DNA of 39,642 nt, from the NCBI RefSeq assembly GCF_001194135.2, contig NC_068982.1, positions 154,178,646 through 154,218,287 on the forward strand. The letters run 5' to 3'. The position numbers and the translations under genes were made by a program. Below the pieces are notes generated by a model. That model made no database searches. It was given only the letters and a program-made list of their open reading frames with translations, and had not been told where the DNA came from. Shown here in pieces: positions 24,246-36,388 of this stretch (within the stretch, counting starts at the first letter, position 1; each line of letters begins with the position of its first letter). Origin of the DNA: Octopus bimaculoides (taxonomy: Eukaryota).

Positions 24246-25552
24246 TTATTAAGGTGGTGGGATGGCAGAAACTACACACAAAAGACTCACTTGAATTGGT
24301 AGTGATTCAAATCATTAAACTTTTGTGAAAAGATTGTACAAAATTTGCGTATATATACCACAAAGACATGTTCTACAAGTCAATCTGCAGTTCATTGCAA
24401 CCAAGGCCAGATTTAAACCCATAGAAGCACTAAGTACTTGAAAGATTTTGGTGCTCCAATAAATATGTAATTCAAAATATAAACAATAATAAACCATAAA
24501 GTACATTTTTATTTTTCAAAATGAAACAAAACTAACAGTAAAGGGGGAAATAATGTTTATTTTTGTATACTTCCACTTCATTTATATTTGAAAAGTTTTC
24601 TACTTAATTTTTAATTGCAAAGTCTTTGATCAGATCCTAAAAATTAATCTTACATAACACATCTGCTTCTATACTTAGTAGAGATAAGGCATCCAGCCAG
24701 CATAGTTGAACTGATGGGATTTTTAATATACCGAGCGATTTGTGACTATTAATGTTAAAAGTATATGAAAAGAAATGTCTACATTTAGAAAGGCACACTC
24801 AGTATTGTATTCTACAATTATTTTATAAAATTATGGGATGTCACTGCCATCACTTTGGTTTCTATCACAACAAACTTTCATTTTTTAAGGACATTTTACT
24901 TTCACTATTTTATGGTGGTAAACTGCATGTTAACCAAAATAAGTAAATAGTGAAGTTGATTTGATATGAGAGAGGTCGTGTGTAGAGGTGGATGATAGCC
25001 ACTAAATCCCCTATCTGCAAAATTGCTGGCCTTCTGCCTAAATCTTAAACAGTTGTTGAAGATGACTATTTTCATTTCTCTTCATCATCATTGGAGATTA
25101 GATTAATTTAAGAAGAAGAAAAGGAGAAGCTAGCATTGTTGAAAATAAGACTTTGGTTTTAAACAAACAAAATCATATGTTTAACATGTCTGAAAGTTAA
25201 GAAATAATTGAATTATTTTGATCTGAAAGTTTCTGTGAGAAATTTATAAACAAAGAGAGTTGTCTGTCTGTTCCGACAACATTATAAGTTTTATTACAAG
25301 ATTTAACGAAGTTATATACAGCCGAGAGAAATTTTAAAGAGATGTAAACGTTTTTGTCTCAGGACCAATCCCCATCACCGACAAGACTTTTTTTAATGAA
25401 ATATTGTAGAGATACATTTAAGAGGGTGGAAATTATTATCTTGATTAGATTTGGGGGAGAATGCACACGGAGACATCACCAGCACCACGTAAAGTGACGG
25501 AATCACCACCAGTCCACCACCATGAGAAAAATAAAAATCAGAAAATACATAC

Positions 25553-25870
25553 ATTGCCAAAAGCAGCACAATACACCGTTTGGCCATTTCCACGAGTTTC
25601 ACGACATTTCATTGTGACTAGCGGTTCACAAAATTATGAAACATTAATTACGTTATTTGTTGTCGGTGTCATGAAAACAGAAAGGGAAGATAGAAGAAAA
25701 AAAGAAAACAAAAACAGAAATCAACTTACAAAGTTACAATGCTAGCGTATGTGTTGTTGGCACGTCGGATGCTGAGTGAGCCTCTGAAACTACTGCACTC
25801 ACTTCTCAGTGGACAAGAAGGATCAAGTGAGCCTCCAGGGACCGTGAGGCAGTTCCGAGATTCTGATTTT
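25553..25870 (-). promoter_or_regulatory. Possible 5' exon(s) or promoter region of a minus-strand transcript
   Basis: CpG-rich non-repetitive segment. GTAAGT donor at 25729 followed by a U-rich intron-like stretch, and a second donor GTATGT at 25552 with ATGs at 25612 and 25587. Confidence 0.3.
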
Positions 25871-25929
25871 GTTGTATTCTCAAGATTAATGTATATAATT
25901 GACCTCTGTTACTACTATTTTATTTAATT

Positions 25930-26900
25930 TCTTGTGTCAATAGAAAACGGCTTTTAAAAGGGGGAATATTTATGAAGAGCATGGAGAGAGGGGTCCACAA
26001 GTGATTGCACAGTACAAAGGTGATTTCAGCTCTTCCGTAGTGGTGATGAGAGCCTTGAAGATGAAGAATGTAGAGGATGGTTATGCAGTCTTGACAATCA
26101 ACAATTGAACGCAATTGTTGAACAAAATCCATGTCAAAGTGTCAGAGAAATGTCTCAGGCACTAGGTGTTAGTATTGCAACGGTCTCACGCAATCTGCAG
26201 AAGATTGGTAAGGTGAAACAGCCCGATAAAAGGTTATCGCATGAGCTCAATGAAAATCAAAAAGATCGGCGTTTTTAAGTGCGCTTGATGCTCTTTCTGC
26301 AAAACATCAATGATCCTTTTCTTGACCAAAAATCCTTTTCTTGTGACGAAAAGTAGGTCCTATATGATAATCGTAAACGACTAGGTCAATGGCTTGATCG
26401 TGACGAATCCCCAAAACATTTCCCAAGGTCAAAGTTCCATCAGCAAAAGATTATGGTGATTGTCTGGTGGTCTGCAATTGGTGTTGTCCATTAGAGCTTT
26501 CTGAAAGCCAATCAGAGCATTACAGCAGAGGTGCACTGCAATCAACTCGCTGAAATGTATGCTCACTTGCAAAAAATGAGACCTGCATTGGTGAATCGGC
26601 ATGGCCGAATTCTGCTCCACAATAATGCAAAGCCACATGTTGCAAGAATGACACTACAGAAACTCACAGATTTGGGATACGAGATTTTACCACATCCTCC
26701 ATATTCTCCTGATCTTTCACCCACTGACTACCATTTTTAAGCATTTAAACACGTTTTTAAGTGATAAAACTTTCAGGTCCAAACCAGATGTGGAATCAGC
26801 TTTCAAAGATTTCTTAGCATCAAAGCCAATAAGTCTTTATTGACGAGACATAAATAATCTCGTCGATCGATGGCAGAGATACATAGATGTTCACGGCTCA
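25930..26900 (+). mobile_element. Mariner (DD34D) transposase pseudogene
   Basis: FRSGDESLEDEE...IVEQNP, CDEK*VLYDNRKR..QW, KIMVIVWWSAIGVVH, LLHNNAKPHVAR and PHPPYSPDLSPTDYHF, with several stops and frameshifts. Confidence 0.95.
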
Positions 26901-28776
26901 ACAACGCGTCAAAACAATGAATGAATTGAATGTTAACACAACCAAATTTGACGAACACATCTCTAATTAAGCGAAACAATATCGATATCAAGAAGAGGTA
27001 ACATAGAACCTTGATTATTAACTCAGGGAAACGGATGCAAGGGTAATTAATCTATAGGTACAACAAATAGGTCTCAGGTCGGTAGGTTTAAACTGTAACT
27101 CTACGAGCAAACAAGACCGGAGGATCTCGATATTTTTGGTTTCGTTGCTAACTGGAGATAAAACGAACAATTACTGACTCTCTGGAAATTATTGAAAAAT
27201 TTCTGACTCACAGGACATTTAATAACAAGAATTGCTGGTACATTTCACATGAAAAGTTGACCTCAGAAGCTACAAAGGTTTCAGAAATTTCATCTTATCC
27301 AAGACCGTGTTTGGAGTAAATTCTCCAACTGTCTATTAAGACTTTTCTTTTCTTTTCCTTTTTTTTTTTTTTTTTTTTGCTAAGGTCTCTCCGCAGTCTT
27401 TCGAATGCTAGGATTTCGAATATGCAGTGTGTATATAACAAATATATGAATATAGAACTAAATGCACAAGTCATTTAAAAATTCATTTGTCGTTTAATTA
27501 GCCTCTTTATCGTCAAGGTTCCGGATGCTGCTACACTGCCTTAAAAAAATTATACAAGACATTGGATGAAGTGATAATAGACACTTGATGCATGAATAGA
27601 AAATAGGATGGTCATAACATTCGGTCATAGATCCGGTTAGTAATAGACCACAAGAGACTTTACAGCAACAAAAACAAAAGATAACAACAATTGTTACAAC
27701 AAGCTACCTTAAAAATAACTCCACGAGCCAACGATAGAGCCTATTTGTACTACGTGTCAGAATAACAACCTCTTATCATACTCTACCATTAAAAAAAGGT
27801 GGTAAAATATCTGAAAGTAAAATAAGCAGAACGGTCACAGCCGTCATGCTTTTGATCAAGAGTGACGTGGAGCTAAACAACAATCTAACTGTAGCTTTTT
27901 AATAGTATCAGGATAGGCTACGCTATCAACAGATGTAGTTACAGCAGACAATACAACGAATACTTTATTTTAATTAGTTAATTAAAGGGGTAAACAAGAC
28001 ATTATTCATTACCTTTGTAGTAACCCTTTTGACGATTGGACGTGGTTGATATTCATTTGTAACATTTGTAGGCCGACGTCAGTCATGAAGGAAATCCAGA
28101 GAACTACAGTTATGGATTATCTATGTAATCATTCCTTTACTATTTGTATAGTGTACTTAGAACAACATTAATGTGTGTCATTTCATTGTTTTTAAGGATT
28201 GTCGAGTGCAACTGGATGTAGTATTTAATGCGAAATTTCGAGTTTGTTGTTATGTAGCTCCAAATCAGCTGTGGCCAAGCAGATCTATGATAAAAAGCAT
28301 TCCACGTATGACCAACCTCTCTCTTCCTATGTACAGGGAACCCAGTACCACATCAATCAAGTTTTTTTTTTTTACGATAAACAGGGCTGCTAAGAGAAAT
28401 TTACCAGAGGAACAAGATTATTTTTAAACCACCTCCACATCAAAGACTCCCTTCAAAATTCAAGAGGATTGTAAGCTTTTTTCCTGGTTGTTTTTTAGGG
28501 AGTAACTCGACGAAAGATCGCACCTTCCTCACCTCCAATGTACCAGCTGAATCATACCCCTCTTACAGACTCTGACTATAGGGTACTATTTCAGAGAAAT
28601 TTAGCTGGTATTTCTAGCAGGTTAAATGATCACATAGCGCTTCCCTCGTTGATTGGAATCTAGGAGTGATGAGAGGATAAAATGAGTAATATGGGTAATA
28701 ATGAGTAAAATGGCAACCAAATATGCACTCTAGGGTTGTAAGGAATAATTTTCGAACTAAGATGGATCCTCTAACT

Positions 28777-29030
28777 CAGTGGTTCTCAACCGAGGTCTAC
28801 CTGATCTTTCAGGGTCCATATAAGTTTTAGTTCTTAGAAATTATGTGCAGTAAATCGGTTATACTTCTACAATACAGAACATATTTTAAATATTTTTTTA
28901 TACAATTCCTAATAATATTTAATTATAAAAAATATAGGATTTAAGAAAAAAATGAATAGTTATGAGGGACTAGTTGAGTAAAATAAAAATCAAAGAGGGT
29001 CCATAGTCAAAAAATGATTGCGAACCACTG
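28777..29030. mobile_element. hAT MITE
   Basis: TIRs cagtggttctcaacc / gattgcgaaccactg; 8-bp flanks ctctaact and ctctaaaa (6/8). Confidence 0.8.
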
Positions 29031-29039
29031 CTCTAAAAA

Positions 29040-29228
29040 GTCTTTTGACTTGCTAGAAATAGCGGCCAAACCTCTCTAAAATCAACCCCTACCGTCTTAA
29101 AAGCCGTACACGTTGAATAATACGGTTCTGGGTTCTCTGCGTATAGGGAAAAGGCAAGATGGTCACGACTAGAATGACTGATCATAAGTCTGCTCCATCA
29201 GGACTTATATATGGCTAAACAACAACTA
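29040..29228 (+). repeat. Dispersed family D (SINE-like, ends gctaaacaacaac)
   Basis: gctagaaatagc.gccaaa.ct...aaatca.ccc...gatggtcac...ctaaacaacaac. Decayed copies lie near 13290, 17905, 27690, 28230, 28480, 32745, 34650, 36560 and 36960. Confidence 0.65.
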
Positions 29229-29571
29229 TAAAAACAACGAATAGCTTTTCCAACAATAAGATTCCTTACCAATAGTTTATAAGTTACAGCATATAATAAA
29301 TAATATTTTCATATGCTGTGAAGAGTGGAGAATCTACCGTTTCACCTTTTTGTTCTTCGTTTGACAGTGAAGAAGAACAAGATCTTGAACGTTAGATTCT
29401 TTTACACTCCTCAAACAATGGCACTCTGCTATGAATTCAACGAATCCACCTGCTGACACATTTTCGTCAAGGGAAACCTTCGCTAGTTTCCTCAGACTGT
29501 GAATTTTATCCTATAATTACAACACACAATCTCGTATTTAATATGGCGGTCCTTTGGCAGAGTCGATAGAG

Positions 29572-29924
29572 CAGGTGTTCTCAACCATTTTTTAAAAAAA
29601 TCTTTAGACCACTTTGATTACTATTTTATTCTAGTGGACCCTCGTAACCATTCGATGTTTAAGAACTAGTTTTATAGAAACTTCTTTAAAAATTCCTATT
29701 TTACTTTTTAAACACATTAACTTGTGTAAGTTAATGTAAACTATGTAAAGTGTTAGAGAAAGAAACCAAACTGTTTTTGACAATACATACCAGTCTGAAG
29801 CAAAATAATTTCAGGGTCCCTTAAAATACTATTGTGGATCCCCAATTTACTATTTTGTTGCGTGGACCTCCAAAAAATTTATATGGATCATCAGGGCCAT
29901 ATGAACCTCGGTTGAGAACCGCTG
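29572..29924. mobile_element. hAT MITE nested in a family-B SINE
   Basis: TIRs caggtgttctcaacc / ggttgagaaccgctg; flanks cgatagag and cgcgagag (6/8). SINE sequence continues on both sides. Confidence 0.8.
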
Positions 29925-30535
29925 CGCGAGAGCATGGGATAGAATGAAGTGCGCTGTTTGTTTCAGTTCAATTTCTCTGAGTTTAAATCTCGCCGAGGCC
30001 GACAAATAAAGAAGTTCTCTCTCCCTCCAGCTGTTACATCCTGGGTCAAGAGTAGGAAGAATGAAAGGGTGTCTGTATTTGTTTGCAACTAGATGGACAC
30101 CTAAGACAGTTAACGATAGCATGGTACATGCCACCAAGCCATCTTCGAAAGCGAGTAATGGCCGTCGTAATACTAGCACTTTATAAATAACAAGAAATAC
30201 TTTTGACTGCTCCGCTATTAAGTATAGAGATATAACAGACTAAATATCCATGATATAAGTCTCATAGAAGTGTTTCTTAATCTGGCCAATAGTACTTCCT
30301 CGGGGCGTTATGAGCTCACAAAGGACTGCAAAATGTCAACGGAAGCTATGTGGGGCACTAGATGTATAGAGGGTCGTGACTTATCTCAGAAATAAAATAC
30401 GACGATAATTGCAGGAATGAAAAATTATTCTCATAATTTGCCAGGGCAGGTTAATTTACCAATAAGATAAGAAATAATTTGTTCTAGTACAGATATAACA
30501 AAGTTTTAACCATTCCACTATTAATATAAACCATA

Positions 30536-30746
30536 AGGTGACGAGCTGGCAGAATCGTTAGCACACCGGACAATAATGCTTTGTGGCATTTCTTCCGATT
30601 TGTCATTCTTGGTTCAAATTCCGCTGAGGTAAATTTTGCTTTTCATCCCTTCGGGATGGATAAGATCGATATCAGTCAAATACTGGGGTCGATGAAATCG
30701 ACTAGCTCCCTTCCCGATTTCAGGCCGTGTACCTGTAGTAGAAAGC
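30536..30746 (+). mobile_element. SINE family B
   Basis: Same head and body as 16413. Confidence 0.8.
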
Positions 30747-30949
30747 TGTTAATGTAAAATATATCTTTAGAAGCTATCAAGATTATTAGTATCGAGAGCA
30801 TAGACATTTATTCCACTATTTTATTAATTTACAATTTTATTCCATCCATTTTATTGTCCTACTATTCTCATATTCTTCCATTCCATTACTTTTGGAGAAA
30901 AAAAGCGCCGTAAACTACGTAAGACTGACATAAATATGGTAACACTTCT

Positions 30950-31700
30950 TCAAACGGCCACAAATGAGATACGTTTCACCAAGCTGCACCAGGAAACTCT
31001 ATCACCCATTAATTTTACTAGGTCCTTAATTTCATGATTTGAATCTCAGCAAATAACATCAATATAGTTCAGCGGTCTCCGTCCTCTATTGGGATGTGGA
31101 TGTTTCCAAAATATATCCCATATGGCCTGTTTTTCAGTATGGTAACAACAAAGCCCCATCTTGCACTAAGCAACAGAGATGAGTGGATTGTGTCCATAAA
31201 TCTTATCTTTGGTCTTGTATTCATATCATGAAATGGTTTGAGTCCTCACGAGAAGTTTAGTGTATGCACCATCAAGGCGATATTGAAGTTTATTCTTCGT
31301 AGTCCAGATTTCGGTTTCATAAAGAAGAATGCTCTCTACACAAGGCCTGAAAAAGGTTAGCCTTGTTGATTTTAAAATACTTGATTAACAGTTACTTTGA
31401 AACTTGTTACAGGTACACCAGTCCCTTGCGTGTCAGGAAGTCTTTCTTACTATCAGCAACATAGGGTCCAAAGTACGTGAAGTTATTAGTCTCCTTGAGT
31501 TGTGTTCCATCATTGTAGTAAATTGGCAACCTTATTGATGTATATGAACTCAGTTTTCTTTGCATTGAGAAACCAACAGACTTTGGCTACATTTTCGAAG
31601 GATGTTAAGAAGTTTTGCATAAGCAGATGATACGCTGTGGGAGCAAGATCATTAGTATTGTCAAGAGATAGAAATTCGCTCGTCATCTTGACTGTTTCTA
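30950..31700 (-). mobile_element. RTE-like LINE 3' remnant (post-RT region)
   Basis: Minus-strand LNAKKTEF, NNFTYFG, CVESILLYETEIWT, RLDGAYTKLL and RGRRPLNYIDVI, typical of the C-terminal half of an RTE-type ORF, with stops. Confidence 0.8.
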
Positions 31701-32275
31701 TTTAATGAGGCCTTCGTTTTGGATGGTGTCCAGATTTTGCTTAAGAGTGCGGTTCAGGTTGTCTCTCTGAAGGATTCTTACAGTAGATGAAAATTTTTTA
31801 GTTGGAGCATCTGTGATTTGCATTAAGTTTGATGCTAACTCAGAACATTACAATTTTTTTAATCTTTTTGCTGTTGCTTTTGTTGTTTAGCACTCTAGTC
31901 CAGTTCTGATTGAGACATTTGCTGAAAGGAATTCAAGTCATTGCCATCTCACTTTTTTGTCAGGTATTGCACTCCAGGAATTACATTTAACAAATATGTG
32001 TCTCCCTTTTCAAGAAAGTAGGATGTAATTCGAACTCTACAAGACTGCTATTTCTAGACAACCAAGTGACTCCATAGATATTTTCTCTTATGTTTGTTTA
32101 TTTTTAGCTATTGTTGTTGAAAGTTGCATTTTCTCTAACCTTCAAGTTGTATATAATCGAATATTGCACTATGTTCCGTACACAACAAATTATGTAGACA
32201 TTACAGTTCTAATTTCTCAGTATTTTACTTTGGTTTAGTCTTCCTAACATTAGATTAACTATATATGTGGGTTGT

Positions 32276-33075
32276 AAAATGTAAAATACTTCAAAGGTTG
32301 AGAAATTTATTGTTTTTGACGTTCGTCGCTTAAATGCTGTGATTTGTCTGGCTATTCAGTAATGAGCATTGGCTAAAGTTACCTCACTAGAAAGAATGAG
32401 TAAAATGAGCACCCATGACCATTACATGACCATGTATGGAACAAATATTCTATTATGGCGAGTGACAATTTTCTTTGACAATTTTCTTTTTAATGAATTA
32501 ACCAAAGAGGAATGGTAACACCAATGACCTTTTTTCAGGGCCTCTGCGACTCTTGAGAGTGGAAGTTATCAGATTTGTGGTTTTCTCGAATGCTTGTGTT
32601 TGAATCTTCATAAAACGACTCAGGTTAACAGCAGCAAAGATGATCTTCGATTATGCAGTCTGACTATTTTTCAACATGTCAACAAACATAAATACCTTTC
32701 ATCTAGTAGTCTCCCTACATTTATAAACACAGCCAACAATGGAGTTTCTAGGCGGTTGCTCAATCTGTTGGAGATGATAGTTAAAATCTCCTTCAAATCA
32801 CACCCTACTATCATAAAAATCCCATAAAATGTTTGGAATACTTCTGATTGTAGGTCTATTCCGCTAAATAATGACTGAGTGATAGACACTCGCCATAATA
32901 GAATATTTGTTCCATACATGGTCATGTAATGGTCATGGGTGCTCATTTTACTCATTCTTTCTAGTGAGGTAACTTTAGCCAATGCTCATTACTGAATAGC
33001 CAGACAAATCACAGCATTTAAGCGACGAACGTCAAAAACAATAAATTTCTCAACCTTTGAAGTATTTTACATTTT
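32276..33075. repeat. Perfect 189-bp inverted repeat with 422-bp spacer
   Basis: 32276-32464 is the exact reverse complement of 32887-33075, checked block by block. No TSD or known TIR motif was seen. Confidence 0.97.
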
Positions 33076-33345
33076 CCTCAGGCTACATTAATCGGAGATT
33101 AAAGTCTTGCCCACTTACTGCTAATGACATGTGATTTATAATTAAAAAATAAACACAACCATATTTTCATTTTACATAATTAGCATTTATTTATTAGAAT
33201 ATAAGTAAATGATTTATCTGGCGATTTCGTAGGATTGTTAGAGTGCCTTACAGTATTAGTTCTGGCTTTCTGCACTCAAATCTATCCAAAGTCTAATTTG
33301 CCTTTCATACTTTCGAGGTCGAAGTACAAATCGGGTACCAGAACC

Positions 33346-33349
<4 letters not shown>

Positions 33350-33399
<50 letters not shown>
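33350..33399. repeat. (CT)n microsatellite
   Basis: Direct reading. Confidence 0.97.
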
Positions 33400-33401
<2 letters not shown>

Positions 33402-34649
33402 GATTGGCTACGCTGCACTCTAAGGTGGATTGTGTGAGATCACTAGCAGTGCCTACAAGGACAAAATGCAAGGATGATCCTATTGGCATAATTGCATATC
33501 TAGACAGTTCGGAAGAACCTCCAGCACTGGTGAGATCACGCGGATGATAAATGATATTATCTAATACTTTAAAAATAATACTGTTAGATGGGTCCGAATA
33601 ATCAGTTAAAATCAATAGATTACGACAATATTATCTGATGTTACCCTACTCCGTTTGCGGCCAGGTGTATAAGTTCAGAGAGTAGTATGAGAATAAGCGG
33701 AAGCTATTCTACTTTGGCTGTCATTTATTAAGACACGATTGATGGACCTATAATAATGTTAATTGACCTTCATCAATTACTGCAAAGATCGGACGAGTGA
33801 ACAGTCTTAATTAACATTTTGTAAGCTTGCGTAATGTTTCTTCAAGAGTAAGAATAAATATCTTCCCCATCGATATGAAGTCGATAAGACAAACTTGGCA
33901 GTTAAGACACTTTATCTTTTTAAAATTAATATTGACTATGTAGTTAGTGTATTTGTGATTCCTTAAAAATCGATTTTAAAATCGTCATTCTAGCATCATA
34001 GTTGTCAAGTAAATAACCATAAGATTCTGCATTTCTGTAAGACATGCCATTGTAAAACATACATAATAGTTTTCTGTAAAATGTCTGTTCACGTAGCAAA
34101 ACCAAAGAAACCCATAGATAAACCAATTAGCTTCAAATTTCTAAATAAAACTGCCAGTCTATTGGTTGTTGTTGGTTGTGCATTTCTAATGCGAGGTAGA
34201 GAATCGTCTTGCTAAGAGTTAATTTAATTTTTGTTATTTTTCATTAGAAAAGTAAAAGGGGTGATATTATTTAATCTTTATGTATTTATACAGTTCAATT
34301 TTCTATTCTTTTTCTTTCAACTATAGACTCCTTAGAGTTCGTATATCGCTGCTATTTCTATCTTACTAAATCTCATCAATATGAAGTAATCAAGGATCTA
34401 GTGGGTTTATTAATTACATTACATTATATTGTTTACTTTAATGAATGGAATATAGTGAAAACACATCATTAGGAGGAAGTCATTATTGTTCATAATTCTT
34501 GAGTTATGTAGAATGAGGAAAAGCTGAATTTGAAATTTAAGTACAGTTTCAAATATTGTTCAGAAAAGTCTTAAGTTTTCTTCCCTGCAAAAACTGAGAA
34601 TTATTGCAAAATCCCTTGTTGACTTGATACGACGGGTTAACAAGGAGTC

Positions 34650-34830
34650 TCTAGGGGTCCTTCAACCGGTTAGAAATTGCAACTAAATCTCTACCAATAC
34701 ATATTCTATCATCTTAGAAAAGAAAGAACTCATTGACTATGCGATTCTTGATAAAATATAGCTGAATAAAAGTCGGGATGGTAATAAGTAGGATGTCACT
34801 GCTCAAACAGAACTGGCCTATGGCTAAATG
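34650..34830 (+). repeat. Family D copy
   Basis: gttagaaattgcaactaaatctct...gggatggt...ggctaaatgac. Confidence 0.55.
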
Positions 34831-35162
34831 ACATCAGATCTGGTATTATGTTTTCAAAGAAGAAACTGACATTATACTGTGTAGAGGCTGGCTGTTAGTC
34901 GGGTGTAAATTTGCACGAACTGTTGTTGAGGAAGAGGACATTTTTTGCGATCTACAATTCTTAAACTTTACATTTTCGCATTAACTAGGATGTGTAACAA
35001 ACAATATACTTTAGAAATATATATTTATCATAAACTTTGATTACATGTTCACATTTATCTGTATCTAGGATGTGTAATTATATACGTAAAAATAAATAAC
35101 TATGATAGTCCAAAACGCTTGACATCGTCACTTGTAATGTCTTCTTCACTTTCCGACAGACA

Positions 35163-35165
35163 AAA

Positions 35166-35196
<31 letters not shown>

Positions 35197-35197
35197 A
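35163..35197. repeat. (AAAT)n microsatellite
   Basis: Direct reading. Confidence 0.95.
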
Positions 35198-35999
35198 AAC
35201 TATTTTCAGTTAATGTAAGTTTAGAGGGAAATAAAAAAAAAAGTATATAAGCTAATCAAACAATTTTCAATACTGTTGGAAATAATATAAATTATAAATA
35301 AAGTCTTGATATGTAAGGAATAAATTCGTATAATACTTGGCGTAGAAAAAATTTAATTCCTACACCTTATGGAATGTTAAGCAATTTCTTTTGAGTATTG
35401 ATTGTTAAATGCGGATCGCCAGATGATTCATTCTGGCTGTTTGTTGGCGGACTGACATGATCGGGATTGTGGTACCAATTGAATCGGCATGTTTTCAGTA
35501 TGTTCGTACTGCGCATAGTTTTAGAGCAGGGACGGATATAATCATTAAATCACATACTCTAAGGCTATGTTTTTCATGGGATGAGATACGTCTCTTTGCG
35601 GGACTTTGAGGATTGAAGATAGGACGGATAAATTTGTTTAAAAGAAAATTCAAGATTTTTAAGTTTGTCCAACATCATGGCCAAGAAAGGCGAATTATAT
35701 AGTTTCAAACTTACAGTTGTCTTCTCAATATTAAAGAGGTAGGAAAAAGTAAAAATTTCACGATTATTATTTTTGTGAAGGACGGATATTTGTTTGAGAA
35801 ATACTACTCTAAGGTATGCTGTGTAATTTTTCTCTTTTCTTTCCTTAAAATTCAAAATGCATTCATGAATAAAACAGGGGATTTTTAAAATAACGAGCAG
35901 AACGTCACAATAACAGCAAATAAGTAACGGATTCTGGTAAAGTAACTGCATGGATCAAAATTCAAATTTGCTTCTGTACTTCTCGGAGTTTATACTTAC

Positions 36000-36095
36000 T
36001 GTAGTAATAGCAGTAGTACTAAGAGGGACAACGGTTTTAGTTGGAAGGAAGAGTTCAATTGGGTAATGGTCACTGACACTCATCGATTTCTCCTT
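36000..36095 (-). CDS. Exon of a DNase I-like (EEP superfamily) gene, C-terminal catalytic motif
   Basis: Minus-strand acceptor ttcatttcAG and donor GTAAGT; 96 nt, phase 0-0. Translates to KEKSMSVSDHYPIELFLPTKTVVPLSTTAITT, where SDHYP(I/V)E is the DNase I-family second catalytic His motif. No upstream exons were recognised in the window. Confidence 0.65.
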
Positions 36096-36188
36096 CTGAA
36101 ATGAACATTGAATAGAGCAATAGCAATATATTAATAGTTGGATACGGACATCAAGATATGCATTCATGCACAGGCACATTCACACAGA

Positions 36189-36388
36189 TATGTATGCATG
36201 TATGTATGTATGAGTGTATGTATGTATGTATGTGTGCTTGTATGTATGTGTGTTTACGTGTGTGCATGTATATGTGTATGCGCTTGTGTGTATGTTTGAA
36301 TGTAGTATGTATGTATGTTTGTATGTGTGTATATGTGTGTGTGAGTGTGTGTATGTGTGTGTACGTGCGTGCATGCGTGCGTGTGTAT
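36189..36388. repeat. (TATG)/(TG) compound microsatellite
   Basis: Direct reading. Confidence 0.92.

Noticed and set aside
27214-27320. TFNNKNCWYISHEKLT, resembling a C-type lectin start
   Set aside because: The frame stops after about 34 codons with no suitable donor or further lectin motifs.
35715-35820. Minus-strand exon candidate AYLRVVFLKQ...EKTT with GTAAGT donor as the next DNase exon
   Set aside because: The acceptor is purine-rich and the phase is incompatible with the 36000 donor (the phase-0 reading hits a stop).
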